Source of the DNA: Squalus acanthias
Taxonomy: Eukaryota
Assembly (NCBI GenBank): GCA_030390025.1
Contig: CM059430.1
Location: forward strand, 125,178,001-125,242,000
Length of the DNA: 64,000 nt
Direction: 5' to 3'
The position numbers were made by a program, and so were the translations under genes. Shown here piece after piece: positions 1 to 12,501 of this stretch. The notes below the pieces were generated by a model. It was not told the origin of the DNA and made no database searches. It was given only the letters and a program-made list of their open reading frames with translations. Position 1 is the first letter of the stretch. Each line of letters starts with the position of its first letter.

Positions 1-120
1 TTTAAATGCTAGCCATTGCTTGTCTGCCATCATACCTTTTAATGTAGCTTCCCAATCTACGGTAGCCAAATCACCCCTCATACCTACGTAGTTTGCTTTG
101 TTTAGATACAAGACCCTAGA
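1..120 (-). mobile_element. CR1 LINE ORF2 fragment (truncated by the window edge)
   Basis: The minus strand encodes RVLYLNKANYVGMRGDLATVDWEATLKG, homologous to the linker in the CR1 copies at about 11500-11620 and 26000-26100. Confidence 0.75.
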
Positions 121-394
121 GACTTGCTTTCACAACTTCAGGAGTGGTGCAACTTGGTCTAGTCCTCTGTTCTACAACCAAATTGCTGTCACCAATAGCA
201 CCACTCTGCAGATTCCAATTCCATTGACAGCCCTAGCTAAATACACTCCCCAACCTTGACCGCTCACTTCATGAAGAGCTCTTATCAGACTTTGTTTAAC
301 ACTTGATCTGGCAGATAGAAATCAAGTCTGAGGGAAGAAATTCAACCAAGGCAAGACAATGCAATAGGAGGACTACCAATAGTAAAGACAGTCA

Positions 395-1030
395 CAGATA
401 TCATACTTGTGTATGAAGCATCAGTGATCATGACAGAATCCTTGGAGCCCTTCTGGAATGATGCAGTGTGTGAAATCTAAAACCCAACAATGAGGAAGCA
501 GAACTAAGGCTCCAAGAAGTTCTATTCATAAGAGATCTCATTATACCCCAAGGTCTGAAACCAGATTCAGATAAGGTCAGAGCTGTTTTGGAGATTCCCA
601 GGCCATGAACGTCACAGGAATTCAGAGGTCCACTGAGCTTGTTACTTATCTCATTAAATTTTTACTGAAGCTCAGCAATGTGTGGGAGCCACAGAGAAAA
701 CTGGCACTTAAGAACACAGAATGGTGTCGGTTACATATTTACTGAGGTACTACAATCTGCAGGAGGTGCTCATCCTGCAAACAGACTTCTCAAACATGTC
801 TTGGAGCAGCACTCGTGCAGAGTGGGCTGCTGGCTGCATATGGAAGTTGCAAACTTACAGATACTGAGACTTGGCATGCTCAGATTGAAAACGAACTCCC
901 AGCAGTCGTACTTGTATTTGAGAGCATTCGTCAAAACACTTATTGTAGACCAGTGACTGTACATACAGAGCGTAAAGCCTTACAAGTTATAAAGGAAAAA
1001 AACACTTCATAATGCTCCAAAAGTCTAGAG
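395..1030 (+). mobile_element. Degenerate Gypsy LTR-retrotransposon pol relic (RT C-terminus/RNase H)
   Basis: It encodes GLKPDSDKVRAVLEIP. ORF 815-1012 reads AYGSCKLTDTETWHAQIENELPAVV...RPVTVHTERKAL, similar to Gypsy RNase H 'AYASR.LT.TE..YAQIEKELLA...VTV.TDHKPL'. It has many stops and frameshifts. Confidence 0.7.
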
Positions 1031-1913
1031 GCAAACAATGAATCAACATGCAATGTTCCTTTATGCTGTGGTGTTCTCCAGAAGTACAGTCCAACCTCTC
1101 CTTAATGATGTTGAATCAGAGAGGTTAAACAGAGAGCATAAATGGTTTGAAGAGGGAATTAGTGTGTTTCTGGAGAGAAGAGTGACTGCAGCATATTTTG
1201 TTAAGTAGGTAGGTGGTGGAGTTGATGTATAAAGGCAGATGGGGTTGTTTGGCCTTTTCCTGTTCCTAAAAAGTCTTTGGTCTCAAATAAAACTTCAAGT
1301 CTAAATATCTGGTTGAGAAGAAGTACAGACAATATATACAGTCTAACTGAAATTCCCCCTTCTTGAGTTTGTTAAATTCCTGATTTTGTGATCTAGCCAC
1401 ACTACATCACTGCCTTAAAGCTGCAGTATATCTTCTTCATCTGCCTACATGAAAACGATTCAATTGCAACTACCACAAGAGTAACACAATGACACCAAAT
1501 GTGCCTGCAGGTTTGCAGGGTTCATTTTTCTTTTTTTGTTTCTAAATTAGGAGGTTGAAGATCCAGAAACTGCAGTGTAGAGCGCATAGCTCTCCTTGAT
1601 CTCACCCAGGCCGATTTGAAATTGGCACTGATCAGAGGCTGTTCAATGTGGGAGGCAAGCACCATGTTAGGTCGCACTTTCACACAAGACTGAATTGCAA
1701 TCCAGAGAAGCCGAGGCAGTGGGGGTCTGCAGTATAATACTGAAATACTTATCAAATTAGCAGTTTTCCAGTCAACTCAAGTTGAATTTAACTCTTGATT
1801 GACTCATCCCTCCTCGCGTTGTTCTCCTAATTTTCCCAGGATTCATCTGTAGCATTGCCATTATTTACCAAGTCCAAAAGTGGGCAAGGGTCAGGTCGAG
1901 GCTGGAGTTGCAT

Positions 1914-2372
1914 CAGCCATGGCTCAGTAGGTACCACTCTCGTCTTTGAATCAGACGGTTGTGGGTTCAAGTTCCACTCCAGACACTTGAGCACAAAAAA
2001 AATCTAGGCTGACATTCCAGTGCAGTGCTGAGGGAGTGCTGCACTGTCGGGGCTGCAGTCTTTCAGATGAGACGTTAAACCGAGGCCTCGTCTGCTCTCT
2101 CAGGTGGATGTAAACGATCCCCTGGCACTATTTCGAAGAGCAGCAGGGGAGTTATCCCCGGTGTCCTGGCCAATATTTATCCCTCAATCAATATCTCTAA
2201 AAACAGATTATCTGGTCATTATCACATTGCTGTTTGTGGGAGCTAGCTATGTGCAAATTGGCTGCCGCGTTTCCTATAGTACAACAGTGACTACACTTCA
2301 AAATTGGCTGTAAAGCGCTTTGGGACATCCTGAGGTCGTGAAAGACGCTATATGAATGTGAGTCTCTCTTTC
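1914..2372 (+). mobile_element. SacSINE1-like Deu-SINE (tRNA head, Deu domain, L2-type tail)
   Basis: A-box TGGCTCAGTAGG and B-box GGTTCAAGTTCC, central GTGCTGAGGGAGTGCTGCACTGTC...AGATGAGACGTTAAACCGAGG, and tail TGTAAAGCGCTTTGGGACATCCTGAGGTCGTGAAAG. Confidence 0.8.
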
Positions 2373-3059
2373 TCATGCCAGTTTTTTTTCTTACAAAATG
2401 AAAGTTAACTAAATGTCTCTAAATAATACATCAAAATGAGAATAAAATCTTTTTTTCTAAATAAATGCAGACGGAGTGTTCAGTTTACATTTGAGAAAAT
2501 TCCACATATCCTACTCAAAACCAAGCTGCCAGTATCAAAGCAGACAGGTAACACCTATCCACCACATCCCAAGGACTCGCACCCCAATGTATCCTCTTTT
2601 CCCTTCAGAGAACAGGCATGCCATAGGCCACTATTCATTCTGGAAGTGCACTTGTAACAAAGCCAAGGTGCCAGTCAGTCAATGTCATCCTTTACACCCA
2701 AGCAACCTGTCCTGGCCATGCAATGATGATACCGCCATTAACACACCAGATGTCAATACAGCAGTGATTGATAGGCCACCCACTGTTTACAAACATTTTG
2801 CAGGAGCAAATCATTAAAAAGGCATTACTTTTGTTTCAAATATGTAAACACAGAGGGGAGTTAAATATGTGATTCATGTTGTTTATTTTTACAGGAGGGT
2901 GATGTATAATGGGTGCAGTGCGAAGAGGGAACTGGTAAAAGCCCAGGGTCTCTGTGACCAGAACACAGACTCTTTTGTTTGCTGCACTCCAGATGTGTTT
3001 CTTCCTTATTTCCCCCATTTTGGGAATGGTCCAGCACAAACATTGCGTCAAAGGGAGGC

Positions 3060-3650
3060 TAGAGGCTGAAAACATGGATATTGTAAAAAGCAACAAGAAA
3101 CAGATATGGAAAGAAAGAATCAGAGAGAGCATGTTAGAGCGAGAGCAAACAAAGGGTAGAGACGACAGGGCAACTGAATGCGAGCTGGGACAAGTGAAAG
3201 GGGAGGGGGGAGAGAATGGGAGACAGAGGGAGTGAGAGTGAGGCAGATGGTGAGAACGGGTGAGTGAGGGATATGAAAGCAGCAAGACTGGGAGGGAGGG
3301 AGATAACAGAAGAGATGGTGAGTGAGGAGAGAGAGGCACAGAGAGACCAAGAAGCAGAGAGAAGAGAGAAAGAGAAAGGGCAGAGAAACAGGAAAGGAGG
3401 AGGGACATGCCCAAAGTGGGTGAGATGGATAGAGAAAGAGTCATGTAGAGAGCGAGAGAGAAAGAGCCCCACAGATAGGAGGAGAGAGACAGACAGAGAA
3501 AAGGGGGAAGAGAGAAGAGCTGCAGAAAGAAAGGGAGATGCAGAGAGAAGAGAGGCAGAGACAGGGAGTGAGAAATGCAGAGAGACAGAGAGGAAGAGAT
3601 GCAGAAAGAGACACACACAAAGATAGACATATCTGTGTGAGAGAGCGAGA
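3060..3650. repeat. GA-rich low-complexity tract
   Basis: Purine-rich degenerate (GA)n. It accounts for the S/L-rich and E/R-rich spurious ORFs. Confidence 0.85.
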
Positions 3651-3709
3651 ATAGTTAATTCTATATCTGCAAAATCCAGGCAATGTATGAATTTAATTAC
3701 ATCTCATTC

Positions 3710-4082
3710 TTTTTCTCCCCTCTTCTGAATATTCAGACTCTTGCTGGAGTACATCAGCCTCCCTCTTTCACTACATCCAAGTTGCCATTTATTCTTCATG
3801 TGAAAGCCTAAATGTTGAGTATTGGCAGGCTATTTGATAATGGCATCAGAGCCAAACCTGATCCTGTCCTCATCCGAGAACCATACAAAGTCACATTCTA
3901 ACACGAGTCACTCGATAGCAATCAGTATGGGAACTCTGGCTGGCATTTCCCCCTCTCTCTGACCCAAGGGCACCGAGACCAATTGTAGTCTCCTTACTGA
4001 TGCCCTGTATGAGATCATGGACTCAAATCAAACCTTTCTGACCTCTCAGTTAGTAACTCCACTGCTTAGTGCGGCACTGAGT
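3710..4082 (-). mobile_element. Old tRNA-derived SINE, unnamed family 'X'
   Basis: It shares motifs with the other copies: TACAATTGGCCTCAGTGCCC, ATCCAGTGACCC, AGGACAGGATCAGG and the tail AGAGTCAGCACCTTCAGGAGAGGAGGGGAGAAAA. Confidence 0.6.
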
Positions 4083-5321
4083 TTAACCTTTAAAAGCGGG
4101 GGGCTACTTAAGGATATATTTGTTTTAATTCTAATCTGTTAACCATCTGGTGCAATACTGAACTGCACTGCATGGTAGGCCTCACCCTCAACCCCTGATT
4201 TGCACTAACATTGGCCTCAGCAAGTCAGGGCTAAAGGGCGGGGGATAGGAAAATCAGCGAGGGTCCCGGCCCTGTTCATTATCCAGTGACCTGTGCTGGA
4301 AAACGCCACTTGGACAAAATAGCTGGCGGCTGACGTTCGTGCCAATTATGGGACTGTACCCAAGAATGAGTCCATAACTTCAGGAAAGGGGAGAAAATTT
4401 TGGGAAAGGGATTAAATTGGAAGGAGATGGAACAATGGTGCAGCAGGTCTCATCACGTCATCAGTCAGTCACTCACTCACAAGGTAAGAGCTCAGCTCTG
4501 GATGTTACACCTTCTATAGCCATGGTAACTGATGGGGTAGCATCCACTTAGAAACAGGATTACACTGTGTAAACATGTACTGAGTGGGCACACATCGTGG
4601 ATTAGAGTTTTCTCAACTTTACCTTATTCTGGCTTCCTTAACAGAAGGGTTTCTCATTTGGCTGGGGGTGGGGGCAAGAGGAGGAAGCTCGTAGGAACAC
4701 TTAAAGCCCCAGCAGGCACACTAAGTTCAGATGGCTCTGAATCGCACTCAATGAAGTTCAATAATTTAAAATAAAAAGGAAAGAAAGGGGAGTTTTGGAC
4801 CCAGTAACAAAATCAATTCTTTTTTTTGAAGTTCGTTCTTTTTGAAGTTGGCTACAAAAGCTGGCTTGGAATCGATCTGTTTAATTGTGCAGAGGCAGAA
4901 CCGACACGAATGGTGATCATCCAGGCCCTTTCAGATTGTGAAATCACTGAGGTACACTGTCGATCATCAGCATAATCGATTAGAATCGGTCCAGGCGGTT
5001 TACAGAGGGGCTGTCCCTGTAGCATAGCAACGAGCAGCTAGAGCAGCAGGAATGGGATACTGAGACGGGGCGATGGTAGGTATTCCAGAACAGAATCCTG
5101 GACTGAATTTAAAACAGACTTTAAACTAGTAAAAGCAGAGTTCTACTGTGTTGAAATACATACTCATTGCACGCCAACTTATTCTTTCCCAGATCCTTAA
5201 AACTGTTAAAGTCTTTAACACCGTCAATGTTCCCTTCCTTCCACAACTGACCAATTTTGAAAACCCAGTCCTGACATCACCTTATCCCAGCGGGTCTTCA
5301 CCCTTCACCTGGGTTTTTCCA

Positions 5322-5784
5322 AAAAGAAAGACTTGTATTAATATAGCCCCTTTCATGACCACCAGATGTCCCAAAGCACTTTACAGCCAGTGAAATATTT
5401 TTGAAGTGGAGTCACTGTTGTAATGTAGGAAACACGGCAGCCAATTTGCACATAGCGAGCCCCCACAAACAGCAATGTGATAATGACCAGATAATCTGCT
5501 TTTATATAGATGCTGATTGTTGGATAAATATTGGCCAGGGCACTGGGATTAACTCCTCTGCTCTTCTTCGAAATAGTGCCATGGAATCTTATGTCCACCT
5601 GAGAGAGCAGACAGGGCCTTGTTTTAACATTTCATCCGAAAGACGGCACCTCCGATAGTGCAGCACTCCCTCAGTACTGCATTGGCGTGACAGCCTAGAT
5701 TTTTGTGCTCAAGAGTCTGGAGTGGGACTTGAACCCACAAACTTCTGACTTAGAGATGAGGGTGCTTCCAACTGAGCCATGGCA
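5322..5784 (-). mobile_element. SacSINE1-like Deu-SINE, full length
   Basis: Reverse-complement homologue of 1914-2372. Confidence 0.8.
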
Positions 5785-7864
5785 ATAAAACAAACTTAAC
5801 ATGCAGCAGAAGGCTTTTTACTGGCACTGGATAATCGCTCCCCAGGACACCTAATTGTTGCCAATGGCAAAAGTGTGAACCATAGGTTTCCAACGGAGGG
5901 TCCCCAAGGATACAAAAGGGGATCCCAGCTGGCCCAGAGTTCACCAGATTATTGTCTATTCATCATCAGGTTTCTGTATTTTTCTGAACCTGTTGAGTTA
6001 TGAGCTTATTGCTGTACAGCAGCAGAATAATGGAACATATTTTCTGCAGTGATAGCACCATTTTCCTTTAAGTAGCCGAAACTATCTTTCAGGAGATACA
6101 GCAGAGGATCCCCAAGAGTGTGCCAATATTTTCAGAGGATCCCTCACATGACAAAGTTTGAAAACCACCGCTGTAATCTAACAACAGTCAGGAGCAGCAT
6201 AACTTGCTATCGGATGGAGAAGTTATGCGATAGTGCTTCTCTTTCTTTTCTTTCCCTCCCATCAAAATGATTTTAAATAATCATGAACTGGGGATGCTAG
6301 TTAATGGCATACTTATGTGTGCTACCCAGCAACAAGGCTGGACACAGCCTCTTGCAGACTTGAGTTTTCTTCATATCTCCCCTCTTCCCTCCACACAAGG
6401 ACTGAGGAAGAGTCAGATGTCTGGACTCCATCTTAACTGGCTTAAGAACCACATTGGTGGGGATCTGGGAGGGGAGCACGAAGAGGACAGTGAACATTCC
6501 CCTCCCCGTTTCCCCACTGAAAGGTAATGCGTGGCACAGGAGGGCTGATATGAAAGGCAAATAAAAAATGCCGTAAAAGTATTTTGAACACACAAACTGC
6601 TGCTGTAGGATGCTGCCAGTTACCCATTGTATGAAACATGACCTGACTGAAGCCTCCTCCCCCCCCCCCCCCTAGAGACTTGGCAGCTAAAGCATTTTTA
6701 TTTTTAAAATCACAGTGTGAGTGTTGGCCATTAAGAGGTAAAAAGATATTAAGCATTACTTCTTTGCCAAGAAGCATTAACAGAGCATGACACACACACA
6801 CTCTTTCTTTCTTGTTTCCTTGCCCCGCAGCCGGGCCCCTCTTCAGTTTTTTTCCTCCATCTTCTGCTGAAGGGGCTGACTCTTGCCGGGGTACCAATCC
6901 CCAGCGACCAACAGTCCTCCAGAACTCACCCAAGTGCCGAGCCTTCACGTGTGAACCTAGACCGGGGGGGGCGATGTCACAACAGAGTCCAATTCTGTAT
7001 TCACACAAACTGTGTAGCGTGAGTGAGTGACTGGATAGTAACTGTGCCCCAGGAGTTACTGGATACCGCCTGGGGAACCGTGTCCCAGCTGGTCAGAGAG
7101 GAACAAATTGGAAGGAGAAAAAACATTGGCCGGGGGGCGGTTTCTAACCCTCAAAAAGAGTGCACAACATGAGGTGATGTCTTATTGCAATGTCAACGTG
7201 AGCTCTTGCATTATAAGCCACTATGACAACACCTTCTGGAATGAAAAAAGTATTTTTTGCAGTTGATAGTTACTTTTTATTTCTGCCGCACCCCCGCAAC
7301 AAGTGTACTTTTCTTTGACACACTCCCATGTCCCAGCTTCCGGCCCAGTGCCGTTAACACATCGGTAGGTTTTTTGTTCTCCCTTATAAATATGAACTTT
7401 CAAGATTGGACTCGGCACTTAATTTCTGATGAATGTTTGACTACACAAGAAACGCCCAAGGAGCAAGCTCGCAAAGTTGCCGTAGCAACACCGAGTGAAA
7501 TTAATGATCTTTTAGGCTGTATTCACTCCCGCCAAACTCTTCAAAGGAATCAAGTCTAATTGAAATCCTGCAGGAATAGGCTTTGTCGCAACCAATCACT
7601 ACCTCAGGCCTAGGCCGTTTTTGTTCCCAGTTTTGTTTTTTTACAGTGAAGTTTGCTACAGACCTTCATTTGAAGTCTGAAGTGGGGAGAGGGTTAGAAC
7701 TGCAACAAGGTCGGTCTCTAAAAGCGAGAGGGGATTAATGCAATACACAACTCGATGCAAGAGCTGTTAACTCTTCAACCGCACCTCCGTGTTTATACAC
7801 CAGGAACACACAAGAGTGTCTGCAGCTGTATCTCAGCATTATGCATCAAACCTGCAAACTAGTG

Positions 7865-8170
7865 AAAGAAAGACTTGAATTTATATAACGCCTCATCACT
7901 TCTGTCAGAAACAGCTCGAACAGCTTTATATATAATCAACTACTTTCAAATGCAGCAATTGTTATCTTGTAGAAAAATGCAGTGGTCATTTTTCTCTCAG
8001 CAAGATCCTACAAACAGCAATGAGATGAGTGACTAGTTAATCTGTTTTGGAGTGTTGGTTGAAGTAGGAATGTTGACCAGGATAACGCTCATATTTTGAC
8101 TAGCACAAGATCGTTAACATTCATCTCATCTGACAATGCAGCACTCCCTCAGTACTTCACTGGACTGATG
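7865..8170 (-). mobile_element. Degenerate SacSINE1-like copy
   Basis: It has the AAAGAAAGACTTGAATTTATATA tail and the GCAGCACTCCCTCAGTACT core. Confidence 0.6.
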
Positions 8171-8539
8171 GCGTAGAATGGGATGTCTAAGCTGCAGCCC
8201 GTGGGCTCATGCAACCCTTTTGTCCTCAAAGCTCAGGCAACTCAGTTCCATCTACACGTGTATTTCTGATCCTGTTTGCGCTGCGTGTACTTTGTGGAAC
8301 TGCACACTTGGAAAGAGATTTATTTTAGCACTATGGCCTAATTAGTGCATCAATCTTATATCAGAAAACCAAGATATGGTACTACTGTATCAGCAAGTGG
8401 AGAAACATGCAAAGTAATGGGAACACGGATTCAAATTTATGGCACATATTTTCTTTCCACTTTGGCAGTTATGCTACCATAAATGTGGCCGGGCAGGATT
8501 TCCACCCCGCCCCATCCCAACAGATTCAAAAAAATGTTT

Positions 8540-9249
8540 TATTTGTTTTATGGGATGTGGGCATCACTGGCAAGGCCAGCATTTATTGCCCATCCCTAAT
8601 TGCCCTTGAACCACTGCAATCCGTGTGGTGAAGGTACTCCCACAATGCTGTTAGGTAGGGCGTTCCAGGATTTTGACCCAACGACGATGAAGGATCGGCG
8701 ATATACTTCCAAGTCAGGATGGTGTGTGACTTGGAGGGGAACTTGGAGGTGGTGGTGTTCCCATGCACCTGCTGCCCTTGTCCTTCTAGGTGGAAGAGGT
8801 CGCGGGTTTGGGAGATGCTGCCAAAGAAGCCTTGGCGAGTTGCTGCCAGTGCATCTTGTAGATGGTACACACTGCAGCCATGGTACGCCGGTGGTGGAGG
8901 GAGTGAATGTTTAAGGTGGTGGATGGGGTGCCAATCAAGCGGGCTGCTTTGTCCTGGATGGTGTCGAGTTTCTTGAGTGTTGTTGGAGCTGCACTCATCC
9001 AGGCAAGTGGAGAGTATTCCATCATACTCCTTACTTGTGCCTTGTAGATGGTGGAAAGGCTTTGAGAGTCAGGAGGTGAGACACTCACTGCAGAATACCT
9101 AGCCTCTGACCCGCTCTTGTTGCCACAGTATTTATGTGGCTGGTCCAGTTAAGTTTCTGGTCAATGGTGACCCCCAGGATGTTGATGGTGGGGGATTCAG
9201 CGATGGTAATGCCGTTGAATGTCAAGGGGAGATGGTTAGACTCTCGCTT
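8540..9249 (-). mobile_element. CR1/Jockey-group LINE (second lineage), 3' part; host of the nested full-length CR1
   Basis: It encodes RESNHLPLTFNGITIAESPTINILGVTIDQKLNWTSHI and IYKAQVRSMMEYSPLAWMSAAPTTLKKLDTIQDKAARLIG (RT C-terminal region). Confidence 0.85.
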
Positions 9250-9485
9250 ACAGAAGAACATAAGAACATAAGAAATAGGAGCAGGAGTAGGCCAATCGGC
9301 CCCTCGAGCCTGCTCCGCCATTCAATAAGATCATGGCTGATCTGATTCTAACCGCCAATCTACTATCACAGAACCATCTCCTGAACCTAACAGAATTGGA
9401 GACACAAAATAGGAGCAGGATCAGGCTACACGGCCCCTGGGCCCGCTATGCTACCCACAGGGCCATGACTGATCCGAACCTAGAC

Positions 9486-12300
9486 TCATGTCCAAATTCC
9501 TGCCTGCTCCCCGTCACCCTTAATTCCCTTTACTTCTAGGAAACTGTCTATTTCTGTTTTAAATTTATGTAATGATGTAGCTTCTACAGCTTTTTGGGGC
9601 AGCATATTCCATGGACCTACCACCCTCTGAGTGAAGTAGTTTCTCCTCATCTCAGTTTTGAAAGAGCAGCCCCTTATTCTAAGACTATGCCCCCTAGTTC
9701 TAGTTTCACTCATCATCAGGAACATCCTCCCCGCATCCACCCGATCCAACCCCTTCACAATCTTATATGTTTCAATAAGATCGCCTCTCATTCTTCTGAA
9801 CTCCAATGAGTAGAGTCCCAATCTACCCAACCTCTCCTCATATGTCCATCCCCTCATCCCTGGGATTAACCGAGTGAACCTTCTTTGTACTGACTCGAGA
9901 GCAAGTATGTCTTTTCTTAAGTACGGACACCAAAACTGTATGCAGTATTCCAGGTGCGGTCTCACCAATACCTTGTACAACTGAAGCAATACCTCCCTAT
10001 TTTTATATTCTATCCCCCTAGCAATGAAAGCCAACATTCCATTGGCCTTCTTAATCACTTGCTGCACCTGCATACTAACCTTTTGAGTTTCGTGCACCAG
10101 GACCCCCAGATCCCTTTGTACTTCAGTACTTTCCAGTTTCTTGCCATTAAGATAATAACTTGCTCTACTATTTTTCCTGCCAAAGTGCATAACCTCACAC
10201 TTTCCAGTATTGTATTCCATCTGCCAAATCTCTGCCCACTTACTTAGCCTGTCTATGTCCCCTTGCAGATTTTTTATGTCCTCCTCACTCACTACTTTCC
10301 CTCCCATCTTAGTATCATCTGCAAACTTTGATATGTTACACTCGGTCCCCTCCTCCAAATCATTAATATAGATTGTAAAGAGTTGGGGACCCAGCACTGA
10401 CCCCTGCGGAACACCACTAGTTACTGATTGCCAGTCTGAGAATGAACCATTTATCCCAACTCTCTGCCTTCTGTTCGATAGCCAATCCTCTATCCATGCC
10501 AGAATATTACCCCCAATCCCATGATTTTTTATCTTAAGCAATAATCTTTTCTGTGGCACCTTGTCAAATGCCTTTTGGAAGTCTAAATACACCACATCTA
10601 CTGGTTCCCCTTTATCCACCCTGTATGTTACTTCCTCAAAGAACTCCAGCAAATTTGTCAAACATGACTTCCCCTTCATAAAACCATGCTGACTTTGTCC
10701 TATTAAATTATGATTATCCAAATGTCCCGTTATTGTCTCCTTAATAATGGACTCCAAAATTTTACCTACCACAGATGTTAGGCTAACCGGTCTATAGTTT
10801 CCAGCCTTCTGTCTACTGCCCTTTTTAAATAAGGGTGTTACATAAGCAGTTTTCCAGTCTGCCGGGATCTTTGCTGAGTCCAGGGAGTTTTGGAAAATTG
10901 TTACCAATGCATCCACAATCCCTACCGCCACTTCTCTCAAGACCCTAGGATGTAAGCCATCAGGTCCAGGTGATTTATACGCCTTGAGTCCCATTATTTT
11001 ACCGAGTACCACTTCCTTAGTGATTTTGATCGTGTTTAGCTCCTCCCCCCCTTTAGCCCCCGGTTTGTCCAGTGTTGGGATATTCTTAGTGTCCTCTACT
11101 GTAAAGACTGATACAAAATATTCAGTGTATTTGCCATCTCCATATTTCCCACCATTAATTTCCCAGTCTCATCCTCTAAGGGACCAACATTTACTTTAGC
11201 CACCCTTTTTCTTTTTATATAACTATAAAAACTCTTACTATCTGTTTTTATATTTTTTGCTAATTTACTTTCATAATCTATCTTCCCTTTCTTAATCAAT
11301 GTTTTTGTTATTTTTTGCTGTCTTTTAAAGTTTTCCCAATCCTCTATCCTCCCACTAGATTTGGCTACCTTATAAGCCCTTGTTTTTAGTCGAATACTAT
11401 CCTTAATTTCTTTACTTAGCCACGGATGACTGTCTTTTCTTTTACACCCTTTTCTTCTCAGTGGAATATATATTTTTTTGGAAGTTGTAAAATAACTCCT
11501 TAAATGTACACCACTGATAATGTATCATCTTACCCTTTAATCTATTTTCCCAATCCACTCTACTCAATTCCGCTCGCATACCTTCATAGTCTCCTTTATT
11601 CAAGCTTAGCACGCTTGTTTGAGATCCAACCTTCTCACCCTCTAATTGAATATGGAATTCAACCATGTTATGGTCACTCATTCCAAGGGGATCCTTTACT
11701 CGGACATTTTTAATTAATCCGGTCTCGTTACACAGGACCAGATCTAAGGTTGCTTGCCCCCTGGTCGGTTCAGTTACATACTGCTCAAGAAACCCATCCC
11801 TAATACACTCAATGAACTCATCCTCAAGGCAGCCCTGCCCAATTTGATTTGTCCAATTAATATGATAGTTAAAATCCCCCATAATTAAAGATGTTCCCTT
11901 ATTACAAGCCTCAACTATTTCCTGATTGATACTCCGTCCAACAGAGTTGCAACTGTTCGGAGGCCTATAGACTACGCCCACTAGTGTTTTTTCCCCTTAT
12001 TATTCCTTATCTCCACCCAAACTGTTTCATTATCCTGATCTTTTGACCCAATATCATTTCTCTGTATTACAGTGATTCCTTCCTTTATTAACATAGCCAC
12101 CCCACCTCCCCTTCCTTCCTGCCTGTCCTTCCTGATCGTTAAATAACCTGGTATGTTTAATTCCCAAGCATTGTCACCCTGCAGCCATGTTTCTGTAATG
12201 GCCACAAGATCATACCCATATGTAGTTATTTGTGCCATTAACTCGTCTATTTTGTTACGAATGGCTACGTGCATTCAGATAGAAAACTTTCAAATATGTT
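9486..12300 (-). pseudogene. CR1 ORF2p (APE endonuclease and reverse transcriptase), several frameshifts; RT part open for 508 aa
   Basis: APE motifs ITETWL, GVVYRPP, MGDFN and SDHN are present. RT motifs [35 protein letters not shown] and KFADD lie in ORF 9486-11012. Confidence 0.92.
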
Positions 12301-12501
12301 TTGTGACACTTAGTTCCTGCTTTTGCCCTTTTTATTACTTTACCTTTTACTCCATACCTTCTGCCCCTTCCTGACACACTCTGGTTTTTAATTTCCCCAC
12401 TGCTACCTAAGTCTATGACCTTCTCTGTTGTCATTTTTATGATTTGCTCTCTAGGAACCTCCCCCCCACTAGTTAGTTTAAAGCCCTCTCTACAGCCCTA
12501 G

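Noticed and set aside
1914-1985. tRNA gene
   Set aside because: The A and B boxes are the SINE head and run directly into the Deu-SINE body; there is no full cloverleaf. The same applies to 5720-5784 and 56150-56225.
2836-3683. Long overlapping ORFs (up to 264 aa)
   Set aside because: Artefacts of GA/CT low-complexity DNA; S/L-rich or E/R-rich with no domain.
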